A DNA stretch of 64,000 nucleotides, taken from Poseidonia sp. Its GTDB lineage: Archaea; Thermoplasmatota; Poseidoniia; Poseidoniales; Poseidoniaceae. A program made the position numbers and the translations under genes. The DNA lies in NCBI GenBank assembly GCA_030827475.1, contig JAUREJ010000006.1, positions 4,024 through 68,023 on the forward strand. Reading direction: 5' to 3'. Under the pieces are notes generated by a model, which saw only the letters and a list, made by a program, of their open reading frames with translations, was not told where the DNA came from and searched no databases. Of the stretch, positions 54,328 to 61,428 are shown in pieces (position 1 is the stretch's first letter; every line of letters starts with the position of its first letter).

Positions 54328-54750
54328 ATGGCAAAGAATGAACCAATGCTGAAGGATTTGCGACATGCTGATTCCTATGCAATCGTTGAGCCTGATGTTC
54401 CCATGCCTGAAATTGCGAAATTGTTTGCAAAGGACCCGAACCAAGCCGTCCTCGTTTTGAATCCAAAAAAGAACAAATTTGTCGGCGTTATGTACCTCTA
54501 CGATTTGTTGACGCTGTATGGTTCACCGCCCAGACATGTTGAGTCGATACACAAAGCGACGATTGGTCAATGTGCAAATACAAGAGTCATTTCAATCCAA
54601 TGGGATGAAAACATCTCACAAGCTTGGGCGAAAATCAACAAATACAAACCAAAAGCAGTCCTTCTTCACGATGAGAGCAAAGAATTTGTCGGATACATCT
54701 CGAATGAGGATCTATGGGAAGCCCTTGAGGAGATTGGCATCGGCGAGTAA
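54328..54750 (+). CDS. Stand-alone CBS-pair protein (140 aa), divergent from the operon
   Basis: Two CBS-like units are present (LKDLRHADSYAIVEPDVPMPEIAKLF...AVLVLNPKKNKFVGVMYLYDLL and IGQCANTRVISIQWDENISQAWAKINKYKPKAVLLHDESKEFVGYISNEDLW). The composition is AT-rich like the island. Confidence 0.75.
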   Translation: MAKNEPMLKDLRHADSYAIVEPDVPMPEIAKLFAKDPNQAVLVLNPKKNKFVGVMYLYDLLTLYGSPPRHVESIHKATIGQCANTRVISIQWDENISQAWAKINKYKPKAVLLHDESKEFVGYISNEDLWEALEEIGIGE

Positions 54751-54894
54751 AGTGGATTGAACGTTCCTTACAGATATTCGGGTTGTTTGGGATAATCTAT
54801 ACAGTTTATTCTGGTGAAATGCCATGGGATTGGTTATGAACAAGTTGGTCTATAAAATCACAATTTGGACTACGAACGAATCAATTCGGATGCG

Positions 54895-54924
54895 TTGGAA
54901 GGGGCTATCCGAAACCCCATCCAA
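54895..54924 (-). terminator. Hairpin downstream of ribH at the right island border
   Basis: TTGGAAGGGG-ctatccgaaa-CCCCATCCAA (10-bp stem, one mismatch), about 78 nt downstream of the ribH-like stop on the minus strand. Confidence 0.25.
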
Positions 54925-55001
54925 CAGCAAGAAGTTGTTGGAAGGGCTTTGCGTGGGTCTGTTTGTTCGCTACCCATGAAGATACCACGCAGTGCGTGGC
55001 T

Positions 55002-55394
55002 TTAGGAGAAATCTGACAGCGCTCGAACCGCCGCGCGTGCGTGCGGCTCCAATCGCGGCTCGATGTGATGCGCTTCGGCGCCCGGGCCAATGATGCCCAA
55101 ACCAACGGCTTTGTCGTGCTTGAGTTGAAGGTCCAGAATCGTCTTGATGACGGCTTGACCCATTGCCAACCCGTGCTGAGTTTCGCCTTTTTCGATAATA
55201 CCCAAGCAAGCAGCGGCGTCGTGGTTGGTTAACAACCGGTCAAGCGCCAATGGCACCTCCATCGATCCGGGTACCCACACCACATCACCCAACGTAAAGC
55301 CGAGTTCACCCGCTTCTTCTACGGCGAACGCCAACATGCGCTCGACCTCGTTCCGGTGGAAGGAACCACAAACCAGACCGATTCGCTTGCCCAT
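55002..55394 (-). CDS. ribH: 6,7-dimethyl-8-ribityllumazine synthase family protein
   Basis: GLVCGSFHRNEVERML...VWVPGSMEVPLA...LGIIEKGETQHG fits the lumazine synthase pattern (N..i...L, VPGa.E.P, G.vI.G.T.H). The gene is last in the rib operon. The archaeal riboflavin-synthase paralogue is not fully excluded. Confidence 0.65.
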   Translation of the reverse strand: MGKRIGLVCGSFHRNEVERMLAFAVEEAGELGFTLGDVVWVPGSMEVPLALDRLLTNHDAAACLGIIEKGETQHGLAMGQAVIKTILDLQLKHDKAVGLGIIGPGAEAHHIEPRLEPHARAAVRALSDFS

Positions 55395-55406
55395 GCCTCG
55401 CCCACC

Positions 55407-56009
55407 TCATTCATCCTGTTTGAGCATTCGCTCCACGGTCGCAACCACCGTTTGCGTCATCGAGTCGATCTCTATGTTGATGCCGTCCCCGACTTGGACC
55501 GAGTCAAAGGTTGTGAGGCGGAGCGTTTCGGGAATCAAGTGGACGCCAAAAGCCTGCTGTGTGAGGGTACCGACGGTCAATGAGGCTCCGTTGAGTGCAA
55601 TGTACCCCTTTTCGCTGATGTACTTCATCAGTTCAGCCGGCACGCCAATTTTCAGATCCACGCCCTCACCCACTGCCGTGCGCTGCTCCACTATCCCGGT
55701 CGCCATGATGTGGCCCGAGAGCAGATGCCCTCCAAGTTCGTCACCCATTTTCAGTGAGCGCTCGATGTTGACCTCGCTTCCCGCTTCCAACGAGGAGAGC
55801 GTGGTGCGTTCCAGCGTCTCGGGAATCACATCAAAATGAACGCAAGAGCCGACGATGTCGGTTGCGGTCAAGCACACGCCCTGGACGGCAACGCTTGCGC
55901 CTCGCTGCAAACCGTTGGTGTCGGGCAGTTCGATGGCGAAGGTCCACACGGCTGCCCCTTTGGTCACCGAACGCACGGTGCCGATGCCCTGCACGATGCC
56001 GGTGAACAC
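55407..56009 (-). CDS. ribE: Riboflavin synthase (alpha chain, bacterial/eukaryotic type)
   Basis: MFTGIVQGIGTV... start and an internal duplicated lumazine-binding repeat (GHIMATG). The GTG start is preceded by AAAGGAGG at 8 nt. Confidence 0.9.
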   Translation of the reverse strand: MFTGIVQGIGTVRSVTKGAAVWTFAIELPDTNGLQRGASVAVQGVCLTATDIVGSCVHFDVIPETLERTTLSSLEAGSEVNIERSLKMGDELGGHLLSGHIMATGIVEQRTAVGEGVDLKIGVPAELMKYISEKGYIALNGASLTVGTLTQQAFGVHLIPETLRLTTFDSVQVGDGINIEIDSMTQTVVATVERMLKQDE

Positions 56010-56011
56010 CT

Positions 56012-56488
56012 TCAGGCCTCCTTTGATTTGGCCCGTTCAAGGATGCGGGCGATGATTTTCCTGGTGCCGTCCAAATCGTCGCTCAGGCCTTCCACCCGAA
56101 CGACATCGATACCGTTGTAACCACGTTGCTTCAAGGCAGATCGGATGCTTTCCTCAGCGTGTTCTTGGTCGTAGCCCAAGGCGATGATGTCGGGGTTGAT
56201 GGTCGGAAGGATGTCAAAAATCGGGACGTCTGGGGCGTTGCCGACAACGACCTCGTCCACCGGCTTGAGGCCCGCCACCATCCGACGGCGAAGGTCCTGG
56301 TTGGTCACGGGTTCATGTTTTCGCTGACGAACGGTGTCGTCGTGCGCCACCACGACGGTAAGATGGTCGCCCAAGGCTTTGGCCTGTTCGAGGTAATGCA
56401 GATGTCCGGCATGCAGCAAGTCAAACACACCAACCGCCATCACACGCTTCATGCAACCACCGATGTTTTGGTTCGTCCTTCGCCTCAT
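56012..56488 (-). CDS. ribL: Archaeal-type FAD synthetase (FMN adenylyltransferase, cytidylyltransferase fold)
   Basis: GVFDLLHAGH (HxGH), VVVAHDDTVRQRK, LKPVDEVVVG and PDIIALGYDQ closely follow my recollection of Methanocaldococcus RibL. The ATG at 56488 overlaps the ribB stop (ATGA). ATG 56452 (MKRVMAVG) is an alternative start. Confidence 0.8.
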   Translation of the reverse strand: MRRRTNQNIGGCMKRVMAVGVFDLLHAGHLHYLEQAKALGDHLTVVVAHDDTVRQRKHEPVTNQDLRRRMVAGLKPVDEVVVGNAPDVPIFDILPTINPDIIALGYDQEHAEESIRSALKQRGYNGIDVVRVEGLSDDLDGTRKIIARILERAKSKEA

Positions 56489-57213
56489 AGTGATGACGGT
56501 GCATCGTCGTGGCCAAGCGCAGCAACGACTTGCGCTCCTTCAAGGAAGGGAATCCCGTGCTCCTGCGCCCATGCTCTGGCGTCTTCGACACCCAGTGCAA
56601 AGTCGCCTTCCGGCTGCAACATTTCCGCACCGATCACCACTGGAGCTAAACCGGACAAACGAGCCAAACCCACCGCCAATTCGGTATGGCCTTGACGAAC
56701 CGCTAAGCCGCCTTCAGCTTCCCGGCAGACGGGGATGTGACCGGGGGTTCTGAATTCTTCACCCAATCGCTTCATCGCTTCATCTTGCGCCACACCTTCC
56801 TGAAGGCAGGCCTGCGTGAGTTCAGCGAAGCGACGGGTGGTCAGGGCGCGGTCGTGGTCGGTGATGCCGGTGTACGTGTCCCGATGGTTGAGCGAGAGCG
56901 TGAAGGCTGAGCGGGCATCGTACCGAAGGTCGTTGGTGATCAGTTGGCGTAAAACGGGGTGCCGTGCCGTGGTGTCTTCGGTCGTGTGAAGGTCTTGGAG
57001 GAACGGCAGGCCAAAGCATTCCCCCACTTCGTGACCGATGGCCAAAAACAGCAAGCCTCCGCAATCCTTCCGGAGTTGGCGCATCGTGGCGGGAACGGCA
57101 GCGGCCGCAGGGAACAAAAGATCGGTTTCGCCCTCCCTTTTTTCTGAATCAAAAAGGCACACCGGACGTCCGTTTTTGAACGCCTCCACGGCTTCTTGGA
57201 CACCCTCCTCCAT
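56485..57213 (-). CDS. ribB: 3,4-dihydroxy-2-butanone 4-phosphate synthase
   Basis: VEAFKNGRPVCLFDSEKREGETDLLFPA...RKDCGGLL...FRTPGHIP...RQGHTE are the DHBP synthase signatures. Confidence 0.85.
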   Translation of the reverse strand: MEEGVQEAVEAFKNGRPVCLFDSEKREGETDLLFPAAAAVPATMRQLRKDCGGLLFLAIGHEVGECFGLPFLQDLHTTEDTTARHPVLRQLITNDLRYDARSAFTLSLNHRDTYTGITDHDRALTTRRFAELTQACLQEGVAQDEAMKRLGEEFRTPGHIPVCREAEGGLAVRQGHTELAVGLARLSGLAPVVIGAEMLQPEGDFALGVEDARAWAQEHGIPFLEGAQVVAALGHDDAPSSL

Positions 57214-57354
57214 GAAACCCCCTAAAGCCTCACCTTCATGAAGAGTCGTATCTGTTCGTTCTTGAAATCAAGCCCACAGCGCCGAGAAAGCGGACAGCCA
57301 ACAGAAAGGGATTATCATGTGGTGCCCCTTGGGTAGGTTTCGGGGGGGAGACGA

Positions 57355-58500
57355 ATGTCGGTAAAACTTGGACCTGCGGGCGTGCCGCTCTCGTGCAAGG
57401 GGCGAACCATCGTTGAAGGGATGGACGACATTATTTCTCTCGGTTTGGAGACCATGGAGGTGCAAACCGTTCGCATGGTCGCTCCTCAGCACTTTGAACA
57501 ATACTGGCAAGCCGGTGTTCTTGCCAACAAAACCGACTTCGAAATGAACATCCACGGCCCGTACTACTCGGAATTGCTTGGCAACCGTGTTGAACGCGGT
57601 CGCTCTTTGGCAAAGATCGAGGCCACGCTCCAAGCTGCCCGCACCATCAATGCACGTCACATCACCCTCCACACGGGTCACTACGGCGAATTCGGACGCG
57701 GCCATGCAGCAAACCAGCAGGTCGCCAACGTCTTTTCTGGAATCGTTGACCGGATTCATTCCATCTGGCATGACGACGAGGATGAATTCCCCGTGTTCCC
57801 ATGGATCAAGGACGGAACACCATCAAAAATCGGCGTTGAAACCTCGGGCCGCCAGGAACTTTGGGGGAGTCTTGAGGAGGTGCTTGAGGTGGTGAACCAC
57901 GTCGAAGGCACCATTCCGGTGCTCAACATTGCCCATATTCACGCTCGAGGCCACGGCCAAATGCGAACATCAGAAGACTACGGAGAACTTTTTGATATGG
58001 TCCGGGAGACCATCGGGACCAAGGAGTTCTACTGCCACTTTTCAGGTGTCGAACACCGAACCGGAAATGCGATGCACTACACGCAAATCAAAAAATCCGA
58101 CTTGAATTTTGAGCCGTTGGCTGAATTCATCGTTGAAGACGGCGGATGGCTGGACATCACGTTGATTTCAGATTCACCTTTGCTCGAACACGACGCCATG
58201 TACATGATGCAGAACATCGAAAAATCTCGCCACAAGCAACTCGAGCGCAAAGCCCGAGAAGACCGACGACGCTCATTGGCCCTCCAAACCGGAAAGACCG
58301 AGGAAGAACTTCGCTCAAAGGAAAGCGAGTTTGCTCATGCCCGAACGGAAACACCTGCTGACGAAAAGGAAGAAGCTCCCGCTTCTGAGGACCCTGCGAA
58401 TACCAAGGTTGCCGCAACCTCCAAGCCAAAGAAAGCACCTGCAAAAACAGAGGACAACGAGATCATCGAATTTGAAGAGGATGACGACGATTTGTTCTGA
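57355..58500 (+). CDS. Xylose-isomerase-like TIM-barrel protein (endonuclease IV-like family) with Lys/Glu-rich C-terminal tail
   Basis: The MSVKLGPAGVP start and HITLHTGHYG, IGVETSG and HIHARGHG metal-ligand-like motifs are present. The C-terminal 100 aa or so are charged low complexity. Confidence 0.6.
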   Translation: MSVKLGPAGVPLSCKGRTIVEGMDDIISLGLETMEVQTVRMVAPQHFEQYWQAGVLANKTDFEMNIHGPYYSELLGNRVERGRSLAKIEATLQAARTINARHITLHTGHYGEFGRGHAANQQVANVFSGIVDRIHSIWHDDEDEFPVFPWIKDGTPSKIGVETSGRQELWGSLEEVLEVVNHVEGTIPVLNIAHIHARGHGQMRTSEDYGELFDMVRETIGTKEFYCHFSGVEHRTGNAMHYTQIKKSDLNFEPLAEFIVEDGGWLDITLISDSPLLEHDAMYMMQNIEKSRHKQLERKAREDRRRSLALQTGKTEEELRSKESEFAHARTETPADEKEEAPASEDPANTKVAATSKPKKAPAKTEDNEIIEFEEDDDDLF

Positions 58501-58594
58501 TTGGCTCCACCACGGGCATCTCAAAACGCCGACATCATCCGATTTTTGTCCCGAAATGGTATAAACCAACGAAGGAGCGAGGGCTACGATTGCC

Positions 58595-59593
58595 ATGGCT
58601 CATGTCACTGTTTTAGGATTGGGAAACTGGGGGACGGCCATCGCCCGTTTGTGGTTGCTCGAAGGGCACAAGGTCAAAGGTTGGACCATTGAGCAGGAAG
58701 TTTACGAATCCATCACGATGAACGAAGTGAATCAAAAATACCTCCCCGACCACCCTGTTCCGGGTCTGGATGTTACGATGCGCATCGATGAAGCTCTTGA
58801 GGGAAGCGAGATTGTGGTGCTCGCCGTACCGTCCTCGGTCATTCTCCAAGTTTTGGAAGACGTGCTTCCGCACCTTCAGCCCCGCCATGTCCTGCTCGAC
58901 CTTGCAAAGGGACTTGCCCCCGGCAATCGGTTGATCTCCGAGGCGATTCACGCCCGTTTGAAAGAGGAAGGAAAGACAAACCCCCTCGCCGTGTTAACCG
59001 GCCCGACCATCGCCCCTGAAGCCGCAGGCGGCGTCATGACCACGGCCTTGGTGGCCAGCGAGGACCGAGCCATTGCACAGCGCCTCGCCCAGACGTTGAG
59101 CACACCGAGTTTCATTCTCCATCCGGCAAGCGACCCGGTCGGTGCGGAATTGTGGGGCGCCTACAAGAACGTCGTTGCGCTTGCTTGCGGTTTGGTTGAC
59201 GGCTTGAAACAGGTTGGCGACCTCGGAGGAGACAACCTCAAGGCGGCTATTTTCATGTCTGGGTTCAAGGAAGGATGCCTTTTACTCGCTGAACTTGGGG
59301 CCCGCGCCGAAGTGGCGTTCGGTCCTGCCGGCCTTGGTGACATGTACGTCACCGCAACCTCGCCGCATGGACGAAACCGAACCATGGGAGAAAAACTCGG
59401 TACGGGATTGACGCTTGAAGAAGCGCTTGACGAGATGCACATGGTGGCTGAAGGTGTTCGAGCGACACGAATGTTCACCGAACGAGCCGAAGATGCGAAC
59501 CTCAACACGCCGTTCACAAAAGCCCTCAACACCTTACTCAACGGCGACATCGACGCCGAGGAATGTTGTCGCCGAATGGTCGCCTTGGGTTGA
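58595..59593 (+). CDS. gpsA: NAD(P)H-dependent glycerol-3-phosphate dehydrogenase
   Basis: VTVLGLGNWGTAIA Rossmann motif, NQKYLPDHPVP, LAKGL, GPTIAPE, KNVVALACG and MVAEGVRAT are all typical GpsA blocks. Confidence 0.85.
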   Translation: MAHVTVLGLGNWGTAIARLWLLEGHKVKGWTIEQEVYESITMNEVNQKYLPDHPVPGLDVTMRIDEALEGSEIVVLAVPSSVILQVLEDVLPHLQPRHVLLDLAKGLAPGNRLISEAIHARLKEEGKTNPLAVLTGPTIAPEAAGGVMTTALVASEDRAIAQRLAQTLSTPSFILHPASDPVGAELWGAYKNVVALACGLVDGLKQVGDLGGDNLKAAIFMSGFKEGCLLLAELGARAEVAFGPAGLGDMYVTATSPHGRNRTMGEKLGTGLTLEEALDEMHMVAEGVRATRMFTERAEDANLNTPFTKALNTLLNGDIDAEECCRRMVALG

Positions 59594-59638
59594 GGCGCTC
59601 ATCGGTGCTATTTTGAGGGCAGGCCCCCTGACAAGACC

Positions 59639-59854
59639 ATGGCCGACGAGTTGACGGAGTTTGAAGCAAAACTGTTGAAGTGGCTCGTCAAAAGCGAGTT
59701 CCACTTGCAACCCTGGTCCACCAAAGCCGCTGCTAAGGCGTTCAAGGTGAGCGAAGACGAGGTGTACGACGCCGTGGCTGCGCTCAGCAAGAAGGCACCT
59801 GAGCGGATTCAAATTTTCTACAAGGAAGGCTCCCTCCACATCGCTGCGGATTGA
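59639..59854 (+). CDS. Small 71-aa protein, possibly winged-helix-like
   Basis: Compact ORF between gpsA and phnE. No motif beyond a helix-rich pattern. Confidence 0.35.
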   Translation: MADELTEFEAKLLKWLVKSEFHLQPWSTKAAAKAFKVSEDEVYDAVAALSKKAPERIQIFYKEGSLHIAAD

Positions 59855-59856
59855 AC

Positions 59857-60765
59857 TCATTCGTCCTCTGCCGAAACCGAACGCATCGGAGTTGGGTGGA
59901 GGGCAGAAGAAATCGCTGCGGGCAGGAACAACGACGACCATGCAGGACGTTCCACGTCGCCTTCCTCCGTGACGGCGGCTCGAAGCATCATCGAGAGGGC
60001 GTCAATCAAGACCACCACCACGAACACCACCAAGAGAAGAGCGACGACCTTGTCGTATTGGGCCAGTTTGAGGTAGGTGTTGATGTACAGGCCAATGCCT
60101 CCTGCTCCGACCAACCCAATCACGGTCCCGTGGCGCACGTTGTACTCAAACATGAACAGGACGTGACTGACAAGGTTGTTTGCAGATTCGGGAATCGCCA
60201 CCAACCATGCGGTCTCGCTGCGCGTCATGCCCATGGCCCTTGCGGCTTCCAAGGGGGCGTTTTTGATGCCTTCCATCGACTCAAACTGAAGTTTACCGAG
60301 GTAACCCACCGTGTAGAACGTCATGGCGAAGATCCCTGCTAAGGCGCCAACATCGAAGACGATCATGAACAAAACCGCCCAGATGATGGAAGGCAGACTG
60401 CGCATGCCAGCAAGCAGGACTCGGGTGGGAATGGCCAACTCGATGGGCGAGAGGTTGCTTGCAGCCAACACCGAAAGAGGAAGGGCGACAAGAAAACCGA
60501 GCACCGTTGCGACGAAGGCGATTTTTATCGTCTCCCACATGCCAATCCATGCGACTGAACACATGAAATCAAAACTTGCATCGCAAACAGGATACGATTG
60601 GGCCTCCAGCACCGACCAGTTTGGTGGCCAGAGACTTTCGCTGAAAAAGCGCTTGAGGTTCGTCCACCCGCCGCTCAACCGGCCCCAATCGCCCGCGAGG
60701 TCGATGAAGGTCAAAAATGTCAACGCCAGAAGCGCTCCGCCCCAGAAGTAGTAGCGCTTGTTCAC
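59857..60765 (-). CDS. phnE: Phosphonate/phosphite-type ABC transporter permease
   Basis: EAARAMGMTRSETAWLVAIPE...NVRHGTVIGLVGAGGIG matches the PhnE signature region. The protein is polytopic. Confidence 0.75.
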   Translation of the reverse strand: MNKRYYFWGGALLALTFLTFIDLAGDWGRLSGGWTNLKRFFSESLWPPNWSVLEAQSYPVCDASFDFMCSVAWIGMWETIKIAFVATVLGFLVALPLSVLAASNLSPIELAIPTRVLLAGMRSLPSIIWAVLFMIVFDVGALAGIFAMTFYTVGYLGKLQFESMEGIKNAPLEAARAMGMTRSETAWLVAIPESANNLVSHVLFMFEYNVRHGTVIGLVGAGGIGLYINTYLKLAQYDKVVALLLVVFVVVVLIDALSMMLRAAVTEEGDVERPAWSSLFLPAAISSALHPTPMRSVSAEDE

Positions 60766-61424
60766 TCGACCACCTCCTCAACCAAGGTATAATCGGTGAT
60801 ACGCCAAATCCGATTCGCAATCTGTTTGGCCAGTTCTTCGTGGTGTTCCACCATCACCATCGCCGAGTTTTGTGCTTCGATCGCCGAACGAACCGTTTGC
60901 ATCACGATGTCAACGTTGTCGTCGTCCAGTTCGCCAAGGAACTCATCGGCAAGAACGAGTTTTGGCCGCTGTGCCAGAGTTTTCGCCGTTGCCACCCGCC
61001 TTTGTTGACCTCCCGAGAGGATACGGACGGGTTGCTCAGCAAGATGGGCGATGCCCAAATCCTCCATTGCCCGCTGGGCGTGCCGTTGTTGTTGAGCAGG
61101 GAGCGGCAGGAAAGGGAAGTACCAGCGAGACAAAGCCACCCTGGCACCCATTTCCACGTTTGTACGAACGGTGCTGTTGCCGACCAGGCCCAAACGTTGC
61201 GGAATGTAGCCCAAGCCCCCCCGTGACGGAACGCCAAGTTCTACTTCACCCTCCAACGGACGAACCAATCCAGCGATGGTTCGCAGAAGCGTGGTTTTTC
61301 CGATGCCTGACGGCCCCAAGACCGCAATAACATCCCCTGCTTGAATCTCGACGTTGATGCCGGCGATGAGCGGCTCGTCATAGCCAATGCTCACGTCGTG
61401 GAGGTGGACCAAGATTTCCTCCAT
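60762..61424 (-). CDS. phnC: ABC transporter ATP-binding protein (PhnC-like)
   Basis: Walker A GPSGIGKTT, signature LSGGQQRRV and Walker B LVLADEFLGELD. Start moved to ATG 61424 (MEEILVHL). Confidence 0.85.
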   Translation of the reverse strand: MEEILVHLHDVSIGYDEPLIAGINVEIQAGDVIAVLGPSGIGKTTLLRTIAGLVRPLEGEVELGVPSRGGLGYIPQRLGLVGNSTVRTNVEMGARVALSRWYFPFLPLPAQQQRHAQRAMEDLGIAHLAEQPVRILSGGQQRRVATAKTLAQRPKLVLADEFLGELDDDNVDIVMQTVRSAIEAQNSAMVMVEHHEELAKQIANRIWRITDYTLVEEVVE

Positions 61425-61428
61425 TGAA

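Larger units (their letters stand above)
25503..54900. other. AT-rich compositional genomic island carrying the giant-protein operon
   Basis: Hand G+C counts of 60-nt lines: 53% (10501) and 65% (16801) in the flank, against 42% (30001) and 32% (45001) inside. Island proteins are visibly N/K/I/S/F-rich. I found no integrase, transposase or flanking tRNA. Confidence 0.8.

Noticed and set aside
25503-54900. Island as a prophage, virus-derived region or classical integrative element
   Set aside because: I could recognise no integrase or recombinase, terminase, portal, major capsid, polymerase or flanking tRNA/att repeat. All genes form one operon. A domesticated or very divergent virus-like origin cannot be excluded without structure searches.
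57268-57771. 167-aa minus-strand ORF overlapping the start of the TIM-barrel gene
   Set aside because: The plus-strand gene has coherent metal-ligand motifs and a proper ATG. The minus ORF has no features.
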